Source of the DNA: a candidate division FCPU426 bacterium | GTDB taxonomy: Bacteria > Oederibacteriota > Muellerivitia > Muellerivitales > Muellerivitaceae | NCBI GenBank assembly: GCA_963847625.1 | Contig: CAWKAR010000025.1 | Coordinates: forward strand, 96,001-160,000 | Length of the DNA stretch: 64,000 nt | Direction: 5' to 3' | Shown here: positions 28,742 to 38,255 of the stretch, in pieces | Position numbering within the stretch: position 1 is the first letter of the stretch | Layout: each line of letters starts with the position of its first letter | The notes under the pieces: model-generated | The model's database searches: none | What the model was told of the DNA's origin: nothing | What the model saw: only the letters and a program-made list of their open reading frames with translations | Translations under genes and position numbers: made by a program

Positions 28742-30516
28742 TTGCGGCCTCCTTTGCCTTTGGCTTTATCGGCGCCTTTGACGCGCGTCTTGGTTTCGGC
28801 CGTCAAGCGCTGTTGTTCGTCCTGTTTCGAAAACATCATATCCTTGACCGCCCCGCCGGCCGGAACCATGGGATAAACGTGCTCTTCCGCGTCCACGTGC
28901 ACATCCACGATGCAGGGCCCCTTGGTCTTGAACGCTTCCTCTAGCATCGAAGTCGTATCCTGGGGAGTCTCCGCGCGGTAGCCCTTGATGCCGTAGGATT
29001 CGGCCAGCTTGACGAAATCCGGCTGGGCCGGTATGGGCGTGCTCGCGTAGCGTTTGCCAAAAAAGAGGTCCTGCCACTGCTTCACGAAGCCCAGAAACTT
29101 GTTGTTGAAAATAACCACTTTGACGTTGAGATTGTACTGTTTGACGATCGCGAGTTCCTGCAGGTTCATCTGGAAGCTGCCATCGCCCGCCAAGTCCACG
29201 ACGGTTGCGTCCGGGAAGGCAAAAGAAGCCCCGATGGCCGCGGGAAAACCAAAACCCATGGTGCCCAGCCCCCCCGAGGTGATCAAACGCCGCGGCTTGG
29301 TGAATTTGTAATGTTGGGCTGACCACATCTGGTGCTGGCCCACTTCGGTGGCAACAATGGCATCGCCCTTGGTGAGGCGGTAAATCTCATCCACGACGAA
29401 CTGGGGTAGGATCGGGCCGTTCGGGTCCTGTTTGAACAACGCCAGCGGATGTTTCTTGTGCCAGGCATCCAATTCGTCGTACCACTCGTCGTAATCCTTG
29501 GTGCCAGCCATTTTGGTCAGGGCTGCGAGGATAGCGTTCATGTCGCCCAGGATATGGATGTCCACTTTCACGTTCTTGCCGATGGAGGTGGGGTCCACGT
29601 CGATGTGGATCTTCTTGGAGTGCGGAGAGAATTCTGAAATTTTTCCCGTCACCCGGTCATCAAATCGGCTACCGATGGCGATCAAGAGGTCGCAATGGGT
29701 CAAGGCCATATTGGCGCGGTAGGACCCGTGCATGCCCAACATATCGATAAACTGGCGGTTGTTGGCCGGGAAGGCCCCCAAGCCCATCAAGGTCAAGGTC
29801 ACGGGAATGTTGGTCTTCCGGGCGAACTGGTAGAGCGCGTCTGAGGCGTTCGCGTTGATGACGCCGCCACCCGCGTAGATGAGGGGTTTTTTGGCCTGCT
29901 GGATGAGCTCGGCCATCTTCCCGATCTGGCTAAAGTCGGGCTTGGGCACCAGTTTGGAAAGCGGAATAGACGTGTTCTTGGGGTACGGCACCTCGGCCGA
30001 AGCTGCCGAGATGTCCTTGGGAATATCCACTAGGACCGGCCCGGGGCGGCCCGTTCGCGCGATAAAAAAGGCGTCCCGTAGGATTTGGGGTAGTTCCATG
30101 ATGTTTTTCACTAGAAAGTTATGCTTGGTGCAGGAACGCGTGATTCCCACGATGTCGGCTTCCTGGAAGGCATCGGTTCCAATCAGAGTGGTCGGCACCT
30201 GGCCGGTAATAGCCACCAAAGGCACAGAATCCATGCAAGCATCTGCTAAACCTGTCACCAGGTTGGTGGCTCCGGGACCGGACGTGGCAATACAAACCCC
30301 CACCTTGCCCGTGGCCTTGGCATAACCTTCCGCCATGTGGATGGCCCCTTGTTCATGTCGGGTACCCACCAATTTGATTCGATCCGCGCAGTGATAAAGC
30401 GCGTCAAAAATCGGAAGAACCGCGCCCCCGGTTATTCCAAACATGATTTCCACGCCCTCGTCCATAAGCATGTCAGCAACCATTTGGGCTCCGGTTTTGA
30501 GTTTGATGTTAGACAT
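28738..30516 (-). CDS. ilvB: Acetolactate synthase large subunit (biosynthetic)
   Basis: RHEQGA, TSGPGATN, MLGMHG, RFDDRVTG, GDGSFQMN. Confidence 0.97.
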   Translation of the reverse strand: MSNIKLKTGAQMVADMLMDEGVEIMFGITGGAVLPIFDALYHCADRIKLVGTRHEQGAIHMAEGYAKATGKVGVCIATSGPGATNLVTGLADACMDSVPLVAITGQVPTTLIGTDAFQEADIVGITRSCTKHNFLVKNIMELPQILRDAFFIARTGRPGPVLVDIPKDISAASAEVPYPKNTSIPLSKLVPKPDFSQIGKMAELIQQAKKPLIYAGGGVINANASDALYQFARKTNIPVTLTLMGLGAFPANNRQFIDMLGMHGSYRANMALTHCDLLIAIGSRFDDRVTGKISEFSPHSKKIHIDVDPTSIGKNVKVDIHILGDMNAILAALTKMAGTKDYDEWYDELDAWHKKHPLALFKQDPNGPILPQFVVDEIYRLTKGDAIVATEVGQHQMWSAQHYKFTKPRRLITSGGLGTMGFGFPAAIGASFAFPDATVVDLAGDGSFQMNLQELAIVKQYNLNVKVVIFNNKFLGFVKQWQDLFFGKRYASTPIPAQPDFVKLAESYGIKGYRAETPQDTTSMLEEAFKTKGPCIVDVHVDAEEHVYPMVPAGGAVKDMMFSKQDEQQRLTAETKTRVKGADKAKGKGGRK

Positions 30517-30698
30517 GGTTTTCTCCCTAGAAGATCCCGCCCTTTGGGGTGAAAGACCCAGATTTTACAATAATTCCAAGCGTTTGTTCAGAAATACCGG
30601 CCATATTCGCAGTTAATTCCGCGGTTTAAGCCGCTTCTTGAATAAACCCTTTAATTTTCAGGTCGGGTATTCTGCTTTGGCGGGGTGACTTTGGCCTT

Positions 30699-30743
30699 AA
30701 AACAAAAAAGCCGCGGTGGCCCCATTTGGCGGGACCCCGCGGC
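30699..30743 (-). terminator. Attenuator terminator of the ilv-leu leader
   Basis: GCCGCGG...CCGCGGC stem followed by TTTTTTGTTTT, about 14 nt after the leader peptide stop. Confidence 0.85.
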
Positions 30744-30756
30744 CTAGTAGCCGTCT

Positions 30757-30834
30757 TTAGGAGCGCACCGCCTCCGGACGCAATACAAGTACCAGTACCA
30801 AAAGAACTAAGTTAATTGCGTTTTCGAAGGCCAT
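30757..30834 (-). CDS. ilv-leu operon leader peptide (25 aa)
   Basis: AAGGAG RBS then MAFENAINLVLLVLVLVLRPEAVRS*; 10 consecutive Leu/Val codons. Confidence 0.88.
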   Translation of the reverse strand: MAFENAINLVLLVLVLVLRPEAVRS

Positions 30835-30869
30835 TTTTTCTCCTTAAAACAATCAGCTAAACTTATGGA

Positions 30870-30898
30870 AATATATCTTACCTATTTTTTCAAGTCAA
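30870..30898 (-). promoter_or_regulatory. sigma70 promoter of the ilv-leu leader
   Basis: TTGACT-17 bp-TATATT. Confidence 0.7.
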
Positions 30899-30920
30899 GG
30901 GGATTGAGGAAAAAATAATT

Positions 30921-31622
30921 TCATGGACTAAAACACTTCCATAAAAGCCATAGAAAAACAAAAAAGATACCCCAAACAATAAATGAATTTTTGAAATCAT
31001 CCCACCAAATGAGCCCCTTGTTTTCAGCAAAATACTTTCTAAAACGCCCAAAATAATAGATTGCGGGGGGCCCAAAAACCACGAATATTATTGAAGCTAT
31101 GATTATGGTTTTTTGCGTTTCCGGACTTTTTATAATCCGTAAAACAAGGAAAAACGAGATCAAAGCCATAGCCGATTGAATTATCCAAAAAACCACGTAT
31201 TTAAAAAGATGGGGTGGAATTTGGAAAATATAAATTTGCCATGATTTACTCATCGCGTTCATGGCATGGTGCTCTTTTGGTAGACGGGTACCACACCGGT
31301 AACAAAACTTGATCAATTTGCCTTTATGAAACCAGCTGTGATGATGAAGCGCTGTTGTATGTGGACAGGTTTTCACGATCCAAGACATGGAAATGGCAAA
31401 CCAAACACAAAGAGAGATCTGGATCACAAGACCAGCATTCAAGAACTGATAATCATAGTTGGAGGTAATCAGGCTTAATGCGAGGTTCAGGAACAAAAAC
31501 CAATACCAAGGCTCCAATATTCCGATTAATCGTAAATCCTCCGTGGATTCCAGAAAATATCTTCAACCTTTTCCCAACGCCGTAAGTAATACCGGAACAA
31601 TCAAAAAGGAGGCCAAAACCAT
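30921..31622 (-). CDS. Hypothetical membrane protein with Cys/His zinc-ribbon-like insert; 5' part interrupted by an in-frame TGA at 31563-31565
   Basis: 198-aa ORF 30921-31517 with CPH..CYRCG and several TM segments; same frame extends to ATG 31622 (MVLASFLIVPVLLTALGKG*RYF). Confidence 0.55.
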
Positions 31623-31702
31623 GAATTAAATTCCTTCCCAAAATTTAAAATATTATCCGGATCAATCCCCGGCTGAAAAGATAACGGCGGTTTTATTCTA
31701 TT

Positions 31703-32416
31703 TCAAACCATTAGTTTTTGGCGTATCCATAACGCAGCAAGAATCGAAAACCAAAGTATAAATACCACTCTTCCAATCGCTGAAAACCGTCCCATTTCTT
31801 TTCCCTCGGTTTTTTTTAAATAAAAACAAATGAGATAGTTGAAAAAACAAAGCGCCATCGCGCCGAAGGCTAATAAAAGCTTGTAATAAAAATAATATAA
31901 GGAACCAATCGCTAAAAGGGTTGAAAGGCCAAAATAAAAACCCATCCAACCCCAAAGCCAGGAAATTACAAGTTTATTTATCAATGCTGAATATTTATCA
32001 GAAAAAGATTCGCCAGGTAAATATGAACCCATAATAAAAAAAAATAAATATAAAAAAATGAAACCCAAAAACATCGGCAAATAAATTATTGAGAAATGGT
32101 TATGATCTGTTAAGAAAAAAGTTGCTTCTAACCATAAAAAAAGGAAAGTCATTGCCCAAAGATTCGAAATAATCCCTGAATGCAATTTGGGTAGCCAAGT
32201 CATCATAATTGATCCTAATAAAGCGCAAATAATGATTGTAAAGAAAATAAAACCCTGAATCAATTTACCTTGATAAATATTTACCAACCCTTTAAGCAAT
32301 TGAAACCCATGACTATCCTGACAAATAGGCGCAGTTAGCAAATAAAGTAAATATAGAAACAACGTCATGATAATGAAAAGAATAATTTGGAAACTAAATT
32401 TGATTTTTTCAATCAC
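31703..32416 (-). CDS. Hypothetical polytopic membrane protein
   Basis: 237-aa ORF, about 7 hydrophobic segments; GTG start after TAAGGTAGG. Confidence 0.6.
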   Translation of the reverse strand: MIEKIKFSFQIILFIIMTLFLYLLYLLTAPICQDSHGFQLLKGLVNIYQGKLIQGFIFFTIIICALLGSIMMTWLPKLHSGIISNLWAMTFLFLWLEATFFLTDHNHFSIIYLPMFLGFIFLYLFFFIMGSYLPGESFSDKYSALINKLVISWLWGWMGFYFGLSTLLAIGSLYYFYYKLLLAFGAMALCFFNYLICFYLKKTEGKEMGRFSAIGRVVFILWFSILAALWIRQKLMV

Positions 32417-33655
32417 AAATGCCTACCTTAAGACAGAAATAATCTAAAATGGTTTTCCGTCTTCTCCCCGGAGAATATAAAAAGGAAGAAATTCTTAAAT
32501 GCATTGTGGCATAAGAGTTCTAGCTTGTGAAGGGTGTTCCACAGCAACTATGCGCCTTCTTCTATACCACAACCATATCCCCACATTAGAACGTCATTTG
32601 ATCGAGTAAATAAAATTGGTTGATAAATTCCCAAAAGAAAAATGAATCAGATAAATATTGGCTCTTCTCCCACTTATATATAATTTATATTTGGGGAAGA
32701 GGAAGACTTTATAAAAATCATAGTCCGTCAACTTCTCGTAATTAGTTTTTAGAAATCCTAAATCTTTCCTTTTCTTCATTCCAAATAAGTTATTCATATT
32801 TTTTATAACTCATAAAAGATTTCGATATCCACCTAAGTAAAAATTTTTCCTAATAACCTCAAACCGTTCTCATCAAATTCATTAAACATTTCAGCCCGGG
32901 GAACATGACCAACCAAATTATCGAATAAATCATTTCTGGGCTTAATTTTTACAACTACATTTTCAATCGATTTGAGAAGTTCCATTAGCGCATTAGCTTT
33001 AAACTAAGTTAAGTTAGGTTGCAAGAAGCTTTGAAGCTGAAGTTTTGTTACGGTGGGTTAATCTAAATATAAAGTTTTGGCCACAGCTTTATTTCTTCGC
33101 CTTGATAAGTAGAACTTATTCTCACAATTTCCTCAGGAACGATACCTCCATAAGAATCTCTAATAATGTACCGCAAAGATACACAAAAGCCTTTAAGGTA
33201 TTCACTATATCTCAGCTTCTCCCTTGCATAATGTTGCCTAATCTTCTTTCCGCATAAAAAATATTTAGATCCCTAAATCAAAAAAATTATAAAAAGAGGG
33301 AGAGTTTTACCAGGAAAAGATATAAGTTATGCGAGGGACGGTTTAAAAATTATGGCGAAAAAGATTGCAAAAAACTTGCTCGGCCAGGAGTAAAACTTTG
33401 AATAAGGTTTACAGTTTAAAGGATGAAAATAAACCTCGGCAAATACACAGGGCCTGCTAAACTTTATGAATTTCTTACAGCAATAGCATGCAATTGGATA
33501 TAAAATCATAGCAAAATAAAATAAAAAAATTCTAAATCTAATATACATCATAGTATCATAATATAACGTAATATATCATAACGTTGTTTAGGTTATAATT
33601 GTATTGTTCATAACAACTTTGTTTTTTTCTTTATAAACAATCAAGGAGAAATGAA

Positions 33656-34138
33656 ATGAAACAGAAATGGTCCAAAGAAAAAATTGTTGAAACTATAAAG
33701 GAATTGCAAAAACAAAACATTGATATATCAGCAAGCAATATTTCCAAGAACTATATCCCACTCTTTACCGCTGCTTGCTCCAGACGGTATTTCGCTAGTT
33801 GGGCCAATGCAATCAAAGCTGCAGGCATTGATTACAATTTAATATTGGAAGCAGGAAAAACGCGCCGTAGAAATAAATTAACGAAATGGTCAAAAGATCA
33901 AGTTCTTGAACTTGTTAAATCGGCTGATTCTAAAAATTTATTAACAACTTACCGGGATCGTCTTGCTCTTTATTCTGCAGCTCGTCGGGAATTTGGCAGT
34001 TGGAAACAAGCGTTAGAAGCTGCAGGTTATCGTCTGACCAAGGGATCACATAAGAATTCTAATCAAATCTTTAAAAAAGAAGAACAACCCGGTTCAATGA
34101 CAAATCCCAATTTTTCGAAGGCTTCTCAAACGATTTAA
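33656..34138 (+). CDS. Protein of two homing-endonuclease-associated (HNH_repeat-like) helical repeats; putative DNA-binding
   Basis: AAGGAG RBS; KWSKE..RYFASWANAIKAAGI and KWSKD..REFGSWKQALEAAGY. Confidence 0.8.
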   Translation: MKQKWSKEKIVETIKELQKQNIDISASNISKNYIPLFTAACSRRYFASWANAIKAAGIDYNLILEAGKTRRRNKLTKWSKDQVLELVKSADSKNLLTTYRDRLALYSAARREFGSWKQALEAAGYRLTKGSHKNSNQIFKKEEQPGSMTNPNFSKASQTI

Positions 34139-34687
34139 TAAAGGTTTTTTAAAATATTTTTTAAGACAACCTGGTCTTAATATCCTTTTGTGACCTTTTT
34201 CATATTTTTAGTGTTATTAATTTTTTTACCTTTTGATGGCCAGCTTTTTTGTTCCCATTATTTTATTATCCTCAATACTAGTAAAGACCGCTGGCAAGTT
34301 TTCTTCCAAAACTACTTATACCAGACCATTTTTTTAACTTATTAATTCCTTCGTTTGGTCTTCGTTTAAATTCGTTTTCCATACCATGGTCCCCGCTCAC
34401 ATCAAATATTCTTATGAAAATCGAAGTCGTTTCAAGGCAAAAAGTAACATTTACATCCCCGTCCATGGATGGGTTTGGATAACAGTAAGTTGTCCTTCCT
34501 TTAAAACAGCTTCACATGGATTATCCGCCACGATCAGATCGGCCCTTCTATCGCCATTTAGGTCACCAAACTTTATATCAGCTGGGAAGAATCCATCCGG
34601 CAAGTCGATTGATTATGATAGGTCAAATAATGGGATATCAAGGATCACTTTTTTTGAAGTCATTGTTAATATTTGAATTTCATTTGA

Positions 34688-34828
34688 GGGTACCTCTATA
34701 AATTGCTGTTCCCCTTCTCCCTAGAGGGGAGAAGGATGGGATGAGGGTAGAAATAGCGAGGTTTTTTACCCCTCACCCTACCCTCGCCCTCAAGGGGCGA
34801 GGGCTTAAATGGATTTTTAGAGGTTCCC
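34688..34828. mobile_element. MITE (141 bp) with IS5-type ends and internal REP/BoxC-like hairpins
   Basis: Ends GGGTACCTCTATAAAT and ATTTTTAGAGGTTCCC match the ends of the IS at 36325-37615; flanked by TTGA direct repeat. Confidence 0.85.
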
Positions 34829-35108
34829 TTGAGTCAAGATATGAAGTCACAATCTCATTATAGCCATCCCATTTAAATCCCCTGAAGCTATTCGGGTTGG
34901 TCCTGCATGAACAGTAAAATCGGTTCTTTTCCCAAGTCTCTCCCCCTTAACATTAAATATGGAAATACAATTCGAATCATAATTAGACACTATAACAATT
35001 GGTTTTCCATTTGTTTTAGTTAAGCTTGCGCAAATACCTACCGGCATGTTCAATGTTTGTTTTTCATCGATTTTTCTGAATTTTCCGTTTTCATTGCAGA
35101 ATACGTAT

Positions 35109-36163
35109 GCCGAATTCACGGAGTAAGTGCAACACTTCGCCGGAAGACTTCCGCCGGAGTTTTAAAGCCCAAACATTTCCTGGGCCTGTTATTGAGCCAT
35201 CTTTCTATGGTCCTGAATTCTTTGAAGGACACTTTAGCAAGATCAGTCTTTTTAGGCAAATGGCGGCGGACAAGACCGATAGTATTTTCCACCGTACCTT
35301 TTTCCCAACTGTGGAAAGGGGCGCAGAAAAAGGATTTTGTACCAAGCACGTGGTTGGTTTCCAAGTGGTTGGTGTTTTCGGTTCCGTTGTCATAGGTCAG
35401 ACTCAGGCGGGCGTCTTGAGGGAAGCGGCATAAAGCGCGGTTGAGGCTATGACTCATTTGGCGAGCGGTCTTTCGTTTGAGCTTTCCCAACTTGGAAAAA
35501 CGGCTTTGACGCTCGACGAGAGCCCGCATAGCCACTTTACTCTGACGAGAGACCATGGTGTCGGTTTCCCAATGGCCGAATTGCTTGCGTTGATTGGCGA
35601 TCTCGGAGCGCTTATCGATGGAAACACGGCCTGGGATATGGTTTTTGGCGTGCTTACGGCTATGGCCAAATGAGAATCGTCGCCGGTGGTGTCGAACTAG
35701 GCAAGGAATCAGCTCAGTGGCTTCAGCATAAACCCACTGATAGATAGCTTCAGGACCAATGGTTTGCTTAGGCCGTAGGTGACCTAATCGACCTGAAATG
35801 AGTTCTGGAGACCAGCCTCGTTTCAATTGACGACGGACGTAGGCACGAATTCGTTTTGTTTTCAGGCGTAAACGGCGTGCTCGTTGTTGGTTGCGGTCAA
35901 CATACCGTTGATGGGCTCGATGAGAAAGATAATAACCAGAACGGATAGGGGGAGCATTGCGCTTGAGTTCCCTGGAGAGGGTGGAAGGAGACCTCTTCAA
36001 GGCGCGTGAAATTGCTCGAAGGCTAAGACCCTTTCCTTTCAAGACGGATAAATGATCTCTTTCTTCAACGCTTAAATGCTTGTATTTCTTTTTCATAGCC
36101 GCATATCCTATTCATGCGGCCTTCTTCAGACACTAAGTGTTGCACTTACTTATGGAACTCGGG
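35109..36163 (-). mobile_element. IS30 family insertion sequence
   Basis: Imperfect 28-bp IRs with core AGTAAGTGCAACACTT (35110-35137; 36135-36162); TAT direct repeat on both sides. Confidence 0.9.
35116..36096 (-). CDS. IS30 family transposase, intact
   Basis: HLSVEER..RSPSTLSRELKRN, WSPELISG, GHWETDT, TYDNGTE, WEKGTVEN, LNNRPRKCLGFKTP. Confidence 0.95.
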   Translation of the reverse strand: MKKKYKHLSVEERDHLSVLKGKGLSLRAISRALKRSPSTLSRELKRNAPPIRSGYYLSHRAHQRYVDRNQQRARRLRLKTKRIRAYVRRQLKRGWSPELISGRLGHLRPKQTIGPEAIYQWVYAEATELIPCLVRHHRRRFSFGHSRKHAKNHIPGRVSIDKRSEIANQRKQFGHWETDTMVSRQSKVAMRALVERQSRFSKLGKLKRKTARQMSHSLNRALCRFPQDARLSLTYDNGTENTNHLETNHVLGTKSFFCAPFHSWEKGTVENTIGLVRRHLPKKTDLAKVSFKEFRTIERWLNNRPRKCLGFKTPAEVFRRSVALTP

Positions 36164-36324
36164 TATATTAAATTCAAGTAATAACATGTAACAAGGATAT
36201 TTTGACGTCCATCATTAGAAAGATCTAAGGCACCAACGCCTCGATGGCTCAAACTCGTTTTAATATTAGAAAGCCATTGCAATCCATTGGAACCCGGAGA
36301 ATAAATTCGTACTATTGAATTAAA

Positions 36325-37615
36325 GGAACCTCTAAAAATTCATTGTAAAGAGACAGCTAAATCGGTACAAGGAAGAATCAGCGCATGAAGTGCTGAAAAA
36401 TTCCAGTAATGAGGCGCTACTGATGGGGCAAACCGGATTTTTTGATCTGGAGAATCGTCTGAAATCGCTGGATGAGATAGGCGATCCACTGATGACATTG
36501 AATCGGGTGATTCCTTGGGAGTAATTTCGGGGACTTCTGCGAAAAGCTTTACGCGACAAAGAACGAAAAAGTGAGGCCGGACGACGGCCGTATGATGAAG
36601 TTTTGATGTTCAAGGTGCTGGTTCTGCAGGCGTTGTACAACCTGGCGGATGAAAAGACCCAGTTTTACATTCAAGACCACTTGAGCTTCATGCGTTTTCT
36701 GGGACTAGGAATGGATGGGAAAGTGCCGGATGAGAAAACCATCTGGTGGTATCGGGATACATTAGCCCAAGGTTGGTGGATTGACCGATTGTTCAAGAAG
36801 TTCAACGGTTGCTTGGATGAGGCCGGTTTAAAAGCCCAAGAAGGCTAAATCATTGACGCGTCCATCGTAGAGGTGCCCCGGCAGCGGAACAGCAAGGGTG
36901 AAAACGACCAGATTAAGAAGGATGAAACGCCGGAGGGATGGAAAAAAGAGCCCAACAAATTGCGGCAAAAAGACGTGGACGCGAAATGGGTCAAAAAGAA
37001 CGATGTGAACCATTATGGATACAAGAACCATATCAATGTGGATAAGAAATATAAGCTGATAAGGAAGTTTGAGGTCACGGCAGCCTCGGTGCATGACAGC
37101 GAAGTGTTTGAGGAGATTTTGGACGGAAATAATCGAAAGAAGATATGGGCGGACAGCGCATACCGGTCGGGTAAGAAGAGCAAGTCTCTAAAGCGTAAAG
37201 GATACGATATTCAGACCCATTACAAATCCAACAGAAACCATCCTTTAACGAAGTCCCAAGAGAAGATGAACAAAATCAGGTCAAAGACGAGAGTACGGGT
37301 GGAACATGTATTTGGGCACATGGAAGTGGCGATGGGAGGAAACTGGCTGAGAGTGGTAGGTAAGGTCAGGTCGAGGATGAAGATCGGCATGAGAAACTTA
37401 GCCTACAATATGCATCGATTTACGTACTTGATGGGACGAATGCATCCCGGGATAGAGAAGGCATAAATTTCAAGGACATTGGAAGCTGGAAAGAAGTACT
37501 GAAGGGAAAAAAAGTCCCAGAGAGAAAAAAATCTCTCTCGAAACCGAGAATTAAAGGCTATTCAACCGCCTTGGACGGCCTAGAAAATCCCGAACTGCAA
37601 TTTTTAGAGGTTCCC
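36325..37615 (+). mobile_element. IS5 family insertion sequence
   Basis: IRs GGAACCTCTAAAAATT / AATTTTTAGAGGTTCC(C); TAAA on both flanks. Confidence 0.9.
36423..37466 (+). pseudogene. IS5 family transposase with two in-frame TAA stops (36522-36524, 36846-36848)
   Basis: MGQTGFFD..GRRPYD..MFKVLVLQ..LSFMRFLG..G*IIDAS..YGYKNH..ADSAY..RVRVEHVFG. Confidence 0.9.
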
Positions 37616-37639
37616 TAAATTTTAAGTTTCGGTTTACTA

Positions 37640-38161
37640 TTAAAACCGTAAAGCTAATGCGAATGTTGGTCGAGATTGATCAAAATAAGCTATGGGTTTT
37701 AAATTATGTTCATCATCATAATCCTTGGCTGCAGTAGGAGCATGAGCCATATCTACTATCCATAAAGCCGTAAAAGCGATAACCCCACCCCAAATTAAAT
37801 TGGTTCCAACCTCTTTTGCGTTACTGGGATCGCCTAGATAACCACCTGAAAATGTCTTAGTATCAGATTTTATTAAAGCTCCTAATCCAACCGATAGGAC
37901 TGAAATGACTTCACCAGTCAATAAAACATCGCCCGTCAAATGATCTTCGGCATAAAAATGGCCATAACCATGAATAAGAAGCCCTGGAAAAAAGGCTAAC
38001 AAAAAAGCTTTATTGGGATCTTTATAAAAATAATTCTGGTGATTGGTTTCAAGGCTTCCTGATAAACCAGTATCTGAACTTTGGGCAAATGTTTTTGACG
38101 TCGAAAATAGAATAAGAACTGCGAAAAATAAGCTTAGATGACTTTTCTTATTTATTTTCAT
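37640..38161 (-). CDS. Hypothetical exported/membrane protein (DUF5683/TM2-like KDP..A.LL..PG.GHFY motif)
   Basis: Signal peptide, KDPNKAFLLAFFPGLLIHGYGHFY, two hydrophobic helices, terminal ..FALALRF. Confidence 0.7.
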   Translation of the reverse strand: MKINKKSHLSLFFAVLILFSTSKTFAQSSDTGLSGSLETNHQNYFYKDPNKAFLLAFFPGLLIHGYGHFYAEDHLTGDVLLTGEVISVLSVGLGALIKSDTKTFSGGYLGDPSNAKEVGTNLIWGGVIAFTALWIVDMAHAPTAAKDYDDEHNLKPIAYFDQSRPTFALALRF

Positions 38162-38255
38162 AATATTAAGTCCATTTTACGAAATTGAAGGAAACAGGTC
38201 AAAAGAAAATTAAGGGTTATACGATTTTCTTTAACCAAGAAATCTTTTCCTTGTA

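Larger units (their letters stand above)
34226..36324 (-). pseudogene. FG-GAP/VCBS-repeat protein with YPNP-type C-terminal domain, disrupted by MITE, IS30 and IS5 plus stops and frameshifts
   Basis: Fragments DLSNDGRQNILVT, GDLNG(D)GYNEIVT, GDLNGDRRADLIVAD, and YCYPNP..IRIFDVSG..LASGLY..KKLAIKR; frames rejoin when the IS30 and MITE are removed. Confidence 0.8.

Noticed and set aside
32500..32590. Cluster of CCACA/TGTG motifs resembling DnaA boxes in an AT-rich gap
   Set aside because: None matches TTATCCACA closely and there is no dnaA/dnaN context; oriC not supportable.
31563..36848. In-frame stops as a sign of an alternative genetic code
   Set aside because: TAA, TAG and TGA all terminate conserved ribosomal genes in this window; the stops are confined to decaying genes.
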